A stretch of 64,000 bases of DNA from Burkholderiales bacterium. Lineage in GTDB: Bacteria; Pseudomonadota; Gammaproteobacteria; Burkholderiales; SG8-39. This document shows, piece by piece, positions 1-8,418 of the stretch. Under the pieces are notes generated by a model, which worked only from the letters and a program-made list of their open reading frames with translations, was not told where the DNA came from and did no database searches. Position numbers and translations under genes: made by a program. The first letter of the stretch is position 1, and each line of letters starts with the position of its first letter. The DNA is taken from positions 1,761 through 65,760 of the forward strand of contig JBFJOO010000013.1 of NCBI GenBank assembly GCA_041617635.1, written 5' to 3'.

Positions 1-678
1 GCAGCCATCGCGGCCCTTCGCGCGAAGCGAGCGCCGCTTGCGGCCGTGGAGGGCTTCGTGCGCCAGATCCTCGGCTGGCGCGAGTTCGTCCGCGGCGTGT
101 ACTGGCGGAACATGCCGGCCATGCGAGAGGCGAACCACTTTCGCCACCGGCGCGCCCTGCCGAAGTGGTACTGGACCGGCGCGACCGCAATGCACTGCAT
201 GCGCGAGACGATCGGTCAGACTCTCGACCACGGCTACGCTCATCACATCCAGCGTCTGATGATCACCGGAATGTTCGGGCTCATCGCCGAGCTCGATCCG
301 AAGCAGGTCGCGGACTGGTATCTCGCGGTCTACGTCGACGCGGTCGAATGGGTCGAGCTGCCCAACGTGGCCGGGATGGCGCTCTACGCCGATGGCGGCC
401 GCTTCACGACGAAGCCCTACGCCGCAAGCGGCGCCTACGTCAACCGAATGAGCAACTACTGCGCGGGTTGCCGCTACGATCCGAAGCAGCGCACCGGTGC
501 GAGCGCCTGTCCGATGACCGTCCTGTACTGGAACTTTCTGGAACGCAACCGGGCCGAGCTCGCCGCGCAGCCCCGAACGGCACTGATGGTGCGCAATCTT
601 GCGCGGCTCTCCGAAACCGAACGCGCGGCGATTCGACGGCACGCGCGCACGTTGCTCGCGAACCTGGATTCCCTGTAG
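1..678 (+). CDS. Cryptochrome/photolyase-family protein, Fe-S bacterial type (FeS-BCP / CryB / PhrB-like). Only the C-terminal part is present; the 5' end lies outside the window.
   Basis: Frame 1 is open from the window edge to TAG at 676-678. The product carries photolyase-related C-terminal motifs (GYAHHIQRLMITG, WVELPN) and a C-x2-C-x12-C pattern (NYCAGCRYDPKQRTGASAC). That spacing matches three of the four [4Fe-4S] ligands of the FeS-BCP clade. Confidence 0.8.
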   Translation, partial: AAIAALRAKRAPLAAVEGFVRQILGWREFVRGVYWRNMPAMREANHFRHRRALPKWYWTGATAMHCMRETIGQTLDHGYAHHIQRLMITGMFGLIAELDPKQVADWYLAVYVDAVEWVELPNVAGMALYADGGRFTTKPYAASGAYVNRMSNYCAGCRYDPKQRTGASACPMTVLYWNFLERNRAELAAQPRTALMVRNLARLSETERAAIRRHARTLLANLDSL

Positions 679-699
679 GGCGGCGCAGCGCGCGCCGGA

Positions 700-1833
700 C
701 TAGATGATCCGCTCGCCGAATTTCTTGAGCGCCGGAGCGGCGATCGTCAGCCCCAGCCCGGGCTGTTCCTTCAGCTTGAGGATGCCGTTCGCGATCTTCG
801 GCGGATCCTCGAAGAGCTCGGCCTGCAGGGGGTCGCGCTCCGGGTCGGTGAAGGACTCGACGATGCATCCCGCCGGGCTCGCCGCGACGATGTGCGCGTG
901 GATGAAGCAGTCGTGGTGCGGCGCGACCTGCACGTGGTTGAGCTCGCAGAGCGCCGCGAGCTTGCGGCCCTCGGTGAAGCCGCCCATCATCGTGCAGTCG
1001 AACTGCAGGATCTGGATGGCCTGCTCGTCGATGAGCGCGCGGCAGCCGTAGCTCGTGAGCTCGCTCTCGCCCGCCGAAAGCGGAATGTCGGTCCGCTGCG
1101 CGAGCAGCTTCAGCTCGCGGCGGTCGTCGGCCCAGCGCACCGGCTCCTCGAGCCAGCGGGGCCGCAGCGGCGCGAGCAGGCGCGCGCCCTCGATCGCGGT
1201 AGCGAGGTCCCAGGCGCGGTTGACGTCGATCATCAGGTCCTTGTCCGGGCCGATCACCTCGCGGACCACCGCCATGCGCGCGATGTCCTCCGCGAGCGGC
1301 GCGCCGCCGACCTTGCCCTTGAAGCCCTGGTGGCCCTGCTCCTTCAGCATCTGCATCTCGTCGCGCAGCTCGGCCATGTCCTTGCCGTCGCGGTAATAGG
1401 CGCACGTGACATAGCACGGCACCTCGCTCCGGTAGCCGCCGAAAAGCCGGTAGAGCGGCAGACCCGCGACCTTCCCGATGATGTCCCACACCGCGATGTC
1501 CACCGCGGCGGAGATGCGCACGATCGCCTCGCGCGACCAGCCTTTCTCGTGCGCGACACGCTGGGAGGTGAGCGCGAAAAGCCGCTCGTAGAGCCGCTCC
1601 GGCGCGAGCGGATCGGCACCGACGACGAGCTCGCCGATACCCGTGCGGAACGCGTGGATGGCCGCCTCGATCGGCGTGTAGCTCGTGGCGAGCCCAATGC
1701 CCTCGACGCCTGCGTCGGTTCTCAGCCGCACGAGAATCTCGTTGGCCTTCGGCACCTTGAAATGGCTGACCCAGTGCGGCCGGCCCTCGTCCGGCGCGCG
1801 CAGGATGTGGACTTCGAGACTCGAGATCTTCAT
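700..1833 (-). CDS. Enolase-superfamily enzyme (mandelate racemase/muconate lactonizing enzyme family)
   Basis: The ORF is 377 aa with an N-terminal capping domain and a TIM-barrel pattern typical of MR/MLE proteins (GVEGIGLATSY, KGKVGG, IDVNRAWD, LEEP, SAGESE). Confidence 0.85.
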   Translation of the reverse strand: MKISSLEVHILRAPDEGRPHWVSHFKVPKANEILVRLRTDAGVEGIGLATSYTPIEAAIHAFRTGIGELVVGADPLAPERLYERLFALTSQRVAHEKGWSREAIVRISAAVDIAVWDIIGKVAGLPLYRLFGGYRSEVPCYVTCAYYRDGKDMAELRDEMQMLKEQGHQGFKGKVGGAPLAEDIARMAVVREVIGPDKDLMIDVNRAWDLATAIEGARLLAPLRPRWLEEPVRWADDRRELKLLAQRTDIPLSAGESELTSYGCRALIDEQAIQILQFDCTMMGGFTEGRKLAALCELNHVQVAPHHDCFIHAHIVAASPAGCIVESFTDPERDPLQAELFEDPPKIANGILKLKEQPGLGLTIAAPALKKFGERII

Positions 1834-2006
1834 AACGGATCGCCTTGGGAGGCCGCAGGGCTGCGTGCCCGGCGGCGTAGGCTATCACCAATCGCGCGCG
1901 GGAAGCCCGGCGAGCGACCGCGGAATCGCGCACGCCCCGGTATCACGCTGGCTATAATTGCAGGTTCGCGCCTTGTGCCGCGTGTCCCGCCGGCGATGAC
2001 CTCAAC

Positions 2007-2315
2007 ATGAGCTACTATCAGCATCACGTCTTCTTCTGCTGCAACCAGCGCGAAGCGGGCGAGACCTGCTGCAATGATCGCGGCGCGAAGGACATGCGCG
2101 CCTACGCCAAGGATCGCGTCAAGTCCCTCAAGCTGAACGGCCAGGGCAAGGTGCGCATCAACACCGCCGGCTGCCTCGACCGCTGCGAGGAAGGGCCCGT
2201 CGTCGTCGTGTATCCCGAGGAGATCTGGTACACCTACGTCGACAAGTCCGACATCGACGAGATCATCGAGGAGCACTTGGTGCACGGGCGCATCGTCGAG
2301 CGCCTGCGCATATGA
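2007..2315 (+). CDS. Thioredoxin-like [2Fe-2S] ferredoxin
   Basis: The ORF is 102 aa and shows the Cys pattern HVFFCCNQ...CC...AGCLDRCEEGPVVVVYP typical of this small ferredoxin family. Confidence 0.8.
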   Translation: MSYYQHHVFFCCNQREAGETCCNDRGAKDMRAYAKDRVKSLKLNGQGKVRINTAGCLDRCEEGPVVVVYPEEIWYTYVDKSDIDEIIEEHLVHGRIVERLRI

Positions 2316-2959
2316 CGCGAACCCCGCAGGAGCACGTCCTCATAGCGGGGCCCGCCGGAAAGATCGAAGCAGTCGTCGAGCATCCGGCGGTGTTCCCTGC
2401 GGACGGCGTATCGGAAGGCATACGCGGCATCGCGCTGGTCTGTCACCCGCATCCGCTGTTCGGGGGAACGCTCACCAACAAGGTCGTCGCCACGCTCGCG
2501 CGCGCGTTCGTCGAGCTCGGCTACGTCGCGATCCGGCCCAATTTTCGCGGCGTCGGCAAGTCGGAGGGAACGCACGACCACGGCGAGGGCGAGACCGAGG
2601 ACATGCTCGCGGTCGTCGCCTACGCCAAGGACCGCTTTGGCGAGGTGCCGCTCGCGCTCGCGGGCTTCTCCTTCGGCAGCTACGTGCAGTCGCGTGTCGC
2701 GCAGCGCGTGCCTCCGGAGCGGATGGTGCTGGTGGGCACGGCCACAGGGGACCTCGGCGAGCGGAAGTACACCACCCCGAGCGTGCCGGGCGAAACGATC
2801 GTCATCCACGGCGAGGTCGACGATACCGTGCCGCTCGCGCGCGTGCTCGACTGGGCGCGCCCGCAGGAGCTGCCGGTGATCGTGATTCCCGGCGCCGACC
2901 ATTTCTTCCATCGGCGGTTGCACATCCTGCGCAACATCGTGAAGGGGAGCTGGCACTGA
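2312..2959 (+). CDS. Alpha/beta-fold hydrolase (COG2945-like)
   Basis: The ATG overlaps the ferredoxin stop (ATGA at 2312-2315). A nucleophile elbow (GFSFGS) and a C-terminal PGADHFF histidine motif are present. Confidence 0.75.
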   Translation: MTRTPQEHVLIAGPAGKIEAVVEHPAVFPADGVSEGIRGIALVCHPHPLFGGTLTNKVVATLARAFVELGYVAIRPNFRGVGKSEGTHDHGEGETEDMLAVVAYAKDRFGEVPLALAGFSFGSYVQSRVAQRVPPERMVLVGTATGDLGERKYTTPSVPGETIVIHGEVDDTVPLARVLDWARPQELPVIVIPGADHFFHRRLHILRNIVKGSWH

Positions 2960-2973
2960 ACGATCCGCGCCCG

Positions 2974-3924
2974 GTGATCGCGCGCGATACCGCAGCCGGT
3001 GCACGCGCCGACGGCACGGTGCTCGACGTGCGCGGCCTGCGCAAGTCGTACGGCGCGCAGGAGGTGCTCGCGGGCGTCGATTTCGCCCTCCGGCGCGGCG
3101 AGTGCTTCGGCCTGCTCGGGCCAAACGGCGCGGGCAAGACGACCACGCTGCGCCTCGCGCTCGGCCTCATCTCCCCGGACGCCGGCGCGATCGAGGTGCT
3201 GGGCGAGCCTGTCCCGGCGCGCGGGCGCGAGGCGCGCATGCGGATCGGCGTCGTCCCGCAGATGGACAACCTCGATCCCGATTTCACGGTGGTCGAAAAC
3301 CTGCAGGTATACGGTCGCTACTTCGGCATCCGCGACGACGTGCTGCGCGTTCGCATTCCGGGCCTCGTGGACTTTGCCGGGCTTGCCGGCCGCGCCGACT
3401 CGCCGATCGCCACGCTCTCGGGGGGGATGAAGCGCCGGCTCACGCTGGCGCGCGCGCTGATCAACGACCCGGACGTGGTGTTCATGGACGAGCCGACGAC
3501 CGGGCTCGATCCGCAGGCGCGCCACCTGATCTGGGAGCGGTTGCGCCGCCTCACCGCGCAGGGCAAAACGATCTTGCTCACTACGCACTTCATGGAGGAG
3601 GCCGAGCGGCTCTGCAACCGGCTGGTGATCATGGATCGCGGCCGGATCATCGCCGAGGGCGCGCCGCGCGAGCTCGTGCGCCGGCACATCGAGCGCCACG
3701 TGATCGAGGTGCACGGCGACGGCACGGACACCTGGACGGAGCGCACGGGCCGCGCGCTCGCGAGCCGCATCGAGCGGGCCGGCGACACCGTCTTCTGCTA
3801 CGCGACCGAAGACGCGGCGCTGCTCGCGAGCCTGGAGCGCGAGCCGGAGCTGCGCTACCTGCACCGACCCGCGAACCTCGAGGACGTGTTTCTCAAGCTG
3901 ACGGGACGAGAACTGCGGGACTAG
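2974..3924 (+). CDS. nodI: ABC-2 exporter ATP-binding protein, NodI-like
   Basis: GTG start. Walker A is GPNGAGKTT, the signature is LSGGMKRR and Walker B is VVFMDEPTTGLD. The block VVPQMDNLDPDFTVVENLQVYGRYFG is characteristic of NodI-type proteins. Confidence 0.8.
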   Translation: MIARDTAAGARADGTVLDVRGLRKSYGAQEVLAGVDFALRRGECFGLLGPNGAGKTTTLRLALGLISPDAGAIEVLGEPVPARGREARMRIGVVPQMDNLDPDFTVVENLQVYGRYFGIRDDVLRVRIPGLVDFAGLAGRADSPIATLSGGMKRRLTLARALINDPDVVFMDEPTTGLDPQARHLIWERLRRLTAQGKTILLTTHFMEEAERLCNRLVIMDRGRIIAEGAPRELVRRHIERHVIEVHGDGTDTWTERTGRALASRIERAGDTVFCYATEDAALLASLEREPELRYLHRPANLEDVFLKLTGRELRD

Positions 3925-3935
3925 GATCCGATGCG

Positions 3936-4727
3936 ATGATCTCGACCGCCCTGACGCTCTCGCCGCCGCGCCTCTCGTGGCGCTTCACGGCCGTCTGGCG
4001 CCGCATGTTCCTCGTCTGGCAGAAGCTCGCGGTGCCCTCGATGCTCGGCAACCTGGCCGATCCGATGATCTACATGCTCGGCTTCGGCTACGGCCTCGGC
4101 AAGCTGCTCCCCGAAGTGGCGGGCGTGCCTTACATCGTGTTCCTCGCAGCCGGGACGGTGTGCTTCTCGACCATGAACAGCGCGACCTTCGAGACTCTCT
4201 ACTCCTCCTTTTCGCGCATGCAGGTGCAGCGCAGCTGGGACGCGATGCTGAACGCGCCGCTCGCGCTGGAAGACGTCGTGCTCGGCGAATGCACGTGGGC
4301 GGCGAGCAAGTCGTTCCTCTCCGGGATCGCGATCCTGCTGGTCGCCGCGGCGCTCGGGCTGCTCGAGAGCTGGCTCGCGCTCTGGGTCCTGCCGCTCATT
4401 CCGCTGATCGGATTCGCGTTCAGTGCGCTCGGGCTCGTCGTGACGGCAGTCTCGCCGTCGTACGATTTCTTCATGTACTACTTCACGCTGTTCATCACGC
4501 CGATGGCGATGCTCTCCGGGGTCTTTTTCCCGGTCGACCAGCTGCCCGCAGGGATCCAGATCGTTTCCCACGTTCTGCCGCTCACCCACGCCACCTCGCT
4601 CGTGCGGCCGCTCTTGCTCGGCGAGATTCCTCCGGACATCGCGCTGCACCTGGCGGTGCTGATCGCCTATGGCGCAGTAGCCTTCTACGTTGCGCTCGTC
4701 CTGTTCCGCCGCCGGTTGCTCTCCTAG
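3936..4727 (+). CDS. nodJ: ABC-2 type transporter permease, NodJ-like
   Basis: The ATG lies 11 nt after the nodI stop. The product is about 263 aa, multi-TM and hydrophobic with ABC-2 permease character. In the ORF track it appears only as the tail of a longer artefactual frame. Confidence 0.75.
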   Translation: MISTALTLSPPRLSWRFTAVWRRMFLVWQKLAVPSMLGNLADPMIYMLGFGYGLGKLLPEVAGVPYIVFLAAGTVCFSTMNSATFETLYSSFSRMQVQRSWDAMLNAPLALEDVVLGECTWAASKSFLSGIAILLVAAALGLLESWLALWVLPLIPLIGFAFSALGLVVTAVSPSYDFFMYYFTLFITPMAMLSGVFFPVDQLPAGIQIVSHVLPLTHATSLVRPLLLGEIPPDIALHLAVLIAYGAVAFYVALVLFRRRLLS

Positions 4728-4881
4728 TGTCGCGTTGCGGAGGTATCTTGTCGAAAAACCGCGCCGCAAGCGCCAGGTCGATTTTTCTCGAGGCACTTCA
4801 GTTGCCGCACGCGTACGCACCTTCGAGCGCCGACAACAGAGCCCGTGGCCCTCGAGCTACCTCCGGAAGGCGACACTAGCC

Positions 4882-5301
4882 ATGCTCTGGATCAAGGCCC
4901 TGCACATCATCTTCATGGTCACTTGGTTCGCCGGCCTCTTCTATCTCCCGCGCCTCTTCGTGTACCACGCGCTCGCCGACCCGGCGGACGGCACGAGCAT
5001 CGCGCGCTTCAAGGTGATGGAGCGCAAGCTCTACTTCGGCATCATGACGCCGGGCGCGGTCCTGACGATCGCGTTCGGGACCTGGCTCTGGCTCGGCTAC
5101 GGCTTCGAGGGCGGTTGGCTCTGGGCGAAGCTCGCGGTGGTGGCGGCGATGATCGTCTACCACCTGTGGTGCGGCAAGCTGGTGCAGGACTTCAAGGCGG
5201 ATCGGAACACCCGGTCGCACGTGTGGTTCCGCTGGTTCAACGAGGTGCCGGTGCTCTTCCTCTTCGTCGCGGTGATCCTCGTCGTCGTGAAACCATTCTA
5301 G
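4882..5301 (+). CDS. hemJ: Protoporphyrinogen IX oxidase HemJ (UPF0093/CopD-like membrane protein)
   Basis: An internal ATG at 4882 gives 139 aa starting MLWIKALHIIFMVTWFAGLFYLPRLFVYH, the characteristic HemJ N-terminus. Four TM helices are predicted. Confidence 0.85.
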   Translation: MLWIKALHIIFMVTWFAGLFYLPRLFVYHALADPADGTSIARFKVMERKLYFGIMTPGAVLTIAFGTWLWLGYGFEGGWLWAKLAVVAAMIVYHLWCGKLVQDFKADRNTRSHVWFRWFNEVPVLFLFVAVILVVVKPF

Positions 5302-5504
5302 CCCGCGGGCGTCGACCATCCACGCGGGCAGTGTCTTGCCCTTGGCGAGCGGTGCAACGCGGGACTTCAGGTCATTGGGGAGACGGCGGGTAGGGCGGGC
5401 CAGGATCAGCTCGGGTGAATATGCGCCGGTTATGCAGGAGGTGACCATTGCGCATGGATCGGCAATGCCATCGCGGCGGAGAATGGCACCAGGAGGTGCG
5501 GCCC

Positions 5505-5711
5505 ATGGTCCCCACGAGCTTGATGCTCATCGTTTCCGGAATCGTCTGCATTTTGCTAACCTTCTATGCAATTCGCCAGATAAGGCCGCGCGCAGGAGAA
5601 CCCGAAGCGGCATGGACGGCCTCGGACGCGCTCAGCACCACTGTCATCCTGGTTCTGATGACTCTGTTCATCGCCGGCGTCGGTTTGATTCTGAAGGGCA
5701 TCCTCGACTGA
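5505..5711 (+). CDS. Small two-TM membrane protein (hypothetical)
   Basis: An AGGAGG lies 8 nt upstream of the ATG at 5505. The 68-aa product has two hydrophobic helices. Codon usage here is visibly more AT-rich than the surroundings. I recognise no homology. Confidence 0.4.
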   Translation: MVPTSLMLIVSGIVCILLTFYAIRQIRPRAGEPEAAWTASDALSTTVILVLMTLFIAGVGLILKGILD

Positions 5712-5915
5712 GGATCCGGAGCGCAGACGGCGCACCGCCCGGGCAGAGGCGCAGGCCGGCTGCGCGGGCTCTCGGGGGCCCGCAACCGCCAGGACGGTTC
5801 GAGCCTCGGGGCCGGGCCGCTTAGGACCGCATTCCTTTTTCCGCTCGGCCGCGACCGGGCGCTTGACCCGCCACATCCTGCGCGGGCACGATCCGTTGCG
5901 CGCCGGACTCGTCCG

Positions 5916-7493
5916 ATGCGCAAGTTCCGGGCCGCGGCGATCGTGGGAGAATCCTCGTCATCGGCGGCTCTCGCTCCGGGCGTCACCGATGGTGGTTCCT
6001 TGCGCCTTGCCCCCTACCTGAAGAGCACTTTGACCGTCGCGGTGGTCGGCGTGGCCGCACACGTGCTGACGCTCTTCGTGCCGCTGCCGCACGTGCCGGT
6101 GCTGTTCCTTGCCGCAGTGGTCATCAGTGCCGCCCGCTGGGGGCTCGGGCCGTCGCTGCTCGCCGCCTTTCTGAGCGTCGTCGCCGGCAGCTACTTCTTC
6201 TACTCACCGATCTACAGCTTCCACGTCGCCAACCCGCAGGATCTCGTTGACCTTGCGATGTTCATTATCGTGGCGGCGCTGACGAGCCGTCTTGCCGCAG
6301 GGGTGCGCGCCCAGGCCCTCGAGGCGAAGCGCGGTCAGGCCGTGATCGGCGGGTTGCATGCCTTCAGCGAGCGCCTGGCGGCAAGCGCCGCCCCTGCTGA
6401 TCTCAGCGCGTCGATCCTGGAGCATCTCGCACCCGTGATCGGCCGGCCGATTCATCTCCTGCTGCCCGACACCGCGGGTCTCGCCGTCGCGGCGTCGGAC
6501 AGCAGCGCGAACCCGCCACCCGCGGAGGTTCTCGCCGCGGCCGATCGCGTGATGACCGGACGTGAGGCGGCGGCGCTCCCGGGCTGGCGCATCGCGCCAC
6601 TGCCGACCGCGCAAGGCGTGGTGGGTGTGGTCGTGGCCCGACAGCCGCAAACGGGGCCCGTTTCGCCGTTCGACGCGGACTATGCCAAGGCGCTCCTCGC
6701 GCAGGCGGCGCAGGCGATCGAGCGGGCGCGCCTGAGCCGGGAGATCGCCGATGCTCGCGTCAAGGCGCAGGGCGAGGCGTTGCGCGAAGCGTTGATCAAT
6801 TCCGTGTCGCACGACCTGCAGACGCCACTCGCGGCAATCCTCGGTTCTGCCACGGTGCTCGAGTCCCTCGGTGATGCGGGTGACCCGGGCGCACAGCGCG
6901 AGTTGGTGACGACGATCCGTGAAGAGGCCGAGCGGCTCGGAAGCTATATCGGCAACGTTCTCGATCTGACGCGCATTCGCTCTGGCCAGATCGCGCCTCG
7001 CCTGGAGCTGGTCGAGTTGTCGGATATCATAAACGGCGCATTGCGTCGCAGAGAGAAGGTGCTCGCTGGCCACTTGCTGCACGTGGAACTGCCGCCCGAT
7101 CTCCCGATGCTGCAGCTCGACCTGTTCCTGATGGAGCATGCGGTCATGAACGTGCTTGATAATGCGGCGAAGTACTCGCCGGGAGGCTCGCGGGTCAGCA
7201 TCGTCGCGTCGGAGCAGGAAGGCGAGGTCGTGCTGGACATCGCCGACTGCGGCAGCGGCGTACCCGCGGAGGACCTCGAGCGGGTCTTCGACGCCTTCTA
7301 CCGTGGTAATGCGCACGCCGGCGCGGCGGCCGGCAGTGGCCTCGGCCTCGCAATCTGCCGTGCATTCGTGACGGCGAATGGAGGCTCCGCGACGATGATC
7401 AGCGCCGGGAGTGGGCGAGGCGCAACGGTGCGCCTGCGCATTCCGGTCCCGGCGGGTGCTGACGCGACGGTGGATCCGACGACCGATGAATGA
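5916..7493 (+). CDS. Sensor histidine kinase, KdpD C-terminal-like (DUF4118 membrane domain + GAF-like + HisKA + HATPase), lacking the N-terminal KdpD/Usp sensor module
   Basis: A DUF4118-type TM block is present (LFLAAVVISAARWGLGPSLLAAFLSVVAGSYFFYSP...DLAMFIIVAALTSRLA). The H-box is NSVSHDLQTPL, and N/G boxes are present (VLDNAAKYSP, DCGSGVP, GSGLGLAICR). At 525 aa it is much shorter than the roughly 890 aa of full KdpD. The exact start is uncertain. Confidence 0.8.
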   Translation: MRKFRAAAIVGESSSSAALAPGVTDGGSLRLAPYLKSTLTVAVVGVAAHVLTLFVPLPHVPVLFLAAVVISAARWGLGPSLLAAFLSVVAGSYFFYSPIYSFHVANPQDLVDLAMFIIVAALTSRLAAGVRAQALEAKRGQAVIGGLHAFSERLAASAAPADLSASILEHLAPVIGRPIHLLLPDTAGLAVAASDSSANPPPAEVLAAADRVMTGREAAALPGWRIAPLPTAQGVVGVVVARQPQTGPVSPFDADYAKALLAQAAQAIERARLSREIADARVKAQGEALREALINSVSHDLQTPLAAILGSATVLESLGDAGDPGAQRELVTTIREEAERLGSYIGNVLDLTRIRSGQIAPRLELVELSDIINGALRRREKVLAGHLLHVELPPDLPMLQLDLFLMEHAVMNVLDNAAKYSPGGSRVSIVASEQEGEVVLDIADCGSGVPAEDLERVFDAFYRGNAHAGAAAGSGLGLAICRAFVTANGGSATMISAGSGRGATVRLRIPVPAGADATVDPTTDE

Positions 7494-8199
7494 TGCGCGG
7501 CCGAGAATCCTGGTCGTGGACGACGAACCGCAGATCCGCCGGTTCCTGCGCTTGGGCCTCGAGAGTCACGGTTACGCCGTCCTCGAGGCCGCGAACGCCG
7601 ACAACGCCCTGCGCACCGCGGTCGCGGCGCAGCCGGAGCTGATCGTCCTCGACCTCGGCCTGCCGGATCGCGAGGGATTCGATGTGCTGGGTGCCCTGCG
7701 CGAGTGGTCACGCGTACCGGTGCTCGTGCTGTCTGTGCGGAGCCGGGAGGACGAGAAGGTTCGCGCGTTCGACCTCGGTGCCGACGACTATGTGGTCAAG
7801 CCGTTTGGCATGGCAGAGCTGCTCGCGCGCATCAAGGCCGCGCTGCGCCGCCGGGTCGAGCGCGAGGCGCCGAAGCCGATCTTCCGCGTCGGCGAGCTCG
7901 AAGTCGATCTGGTCCGCCGCCTGGTGCGCGTGAACAATGCGGACGTCCGGCTCTCGCGCATGCAGTACCGCCTGCTCCAGATCCTGGTGTCGAATGCGGG
8001 CAAGGTCGTCACCCATCACCAGCTGCTGCACGAAGTCTGGGGCGCGGTGCATCATGACGACGTCCAGTATCTGCGCGTATTCATCCGGAAGCTGCGCCGC
8101 CGCATCGAGGCCGATCCGGCGCGGCCGCAATATCTCCTGACGGAGCTCGGCGTCGGCTATCGACTGCGCGCGCCGGATCAGCTCGGCAGTCCTCCGTGA
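7486..8199 (+). CDS. OmpR-family response regulator, KdpE-like
   Basis: The start overlaps the kinase stop (ATGAATGA). The receiver motifs are ILVVDDE, LDLGLPD and KPF. The winged-helix C-terminus (LLHEVWG...YLRVFIRKLRRRIEADPARPQYLLTELGVGYRL) closely resembles KdpE. Confidence 0.85.
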   Translation: MNDARPRILVVDDEPQIRRFLRLGLESHGYAVLEAANADNALRTAVAAQPELIVLDLGLPDREGFDVLGALREWSRVPVLVLSVRSREDEKVRAFDLGADDYVVKPFGMAELLARIKAALRRRVEREAPKPIFRVGELEVDLVRRLVRVNNADVRLSRMQYRLLQILVSNAGKVVTHHQLLHEVWGAVHHDDVQYLRVFIRKLRRRIEADPARPQYLLTELGVGYRLRAPDQLGSPP

Positions 8200-8256
8200 G
8201 CGCAACATCCGCGCGAGGCCGCTGGCTATCCGACTTCGCCGCGGCGCTCGGGCTGC

Positions 8257-8404
8257 GACCTGGCTCTGGCTCGGCTACGGCTGCGCGGGCGGTTGGCTCT
8301 GGGCGAAGCGCGCGGTGGTGGCGGCGATGATCGTCTACCCCCACGAGGTGCCGGTGCTCTTCCTCTTCGCCGCGGTGATCCTCGTCGTCGTGAAACCGTT
8401 TTGA
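8257..8404 (+). pseudogene. Decayed duplicate of the hemJ 3' end
   Basis: Positions 8257-8338 align with hemJ 5079-5160 with about 4 mismatches. Positions 8344-8404 align with hemJ 5241-5301 with about 4 mismatches and end in a stop. The intervening ~80 nt of hemJ are missing, and there is no start codon or 5' part. Confidence 0.85.
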
Positions 8405-8418
8405 TCCGTTCGTGACCC

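Noticed and set aside
5916-8199. Annotating the two-component pair as canonical kdpD/kdpE with gene symbols.
   Set aside because: The kinase lacks the KdpD N-terminal sensor domain, and no kdpFABC operon is nearby. The KdpD/KdpE-like description is kept without symbols.
5302-8256. Calling the inserted segment a mobile element or genomic island.
   Set aside because: No integrase, transposase, inverted terminal repeats or tRNA target is visible. Only the duplicated hemJ end supports an insertion, so it is reported as a finding rather than as a mobile_element feature.
8081-8344. An 87-aa minus-strand ORF overlapping the kdpE-like 3' end and the hemJ remnant.
   Set aside because: It has no RBS, its composition is Arg/Ala-rich, and it lies antisense to recognisable sequence. 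It is an artefact.
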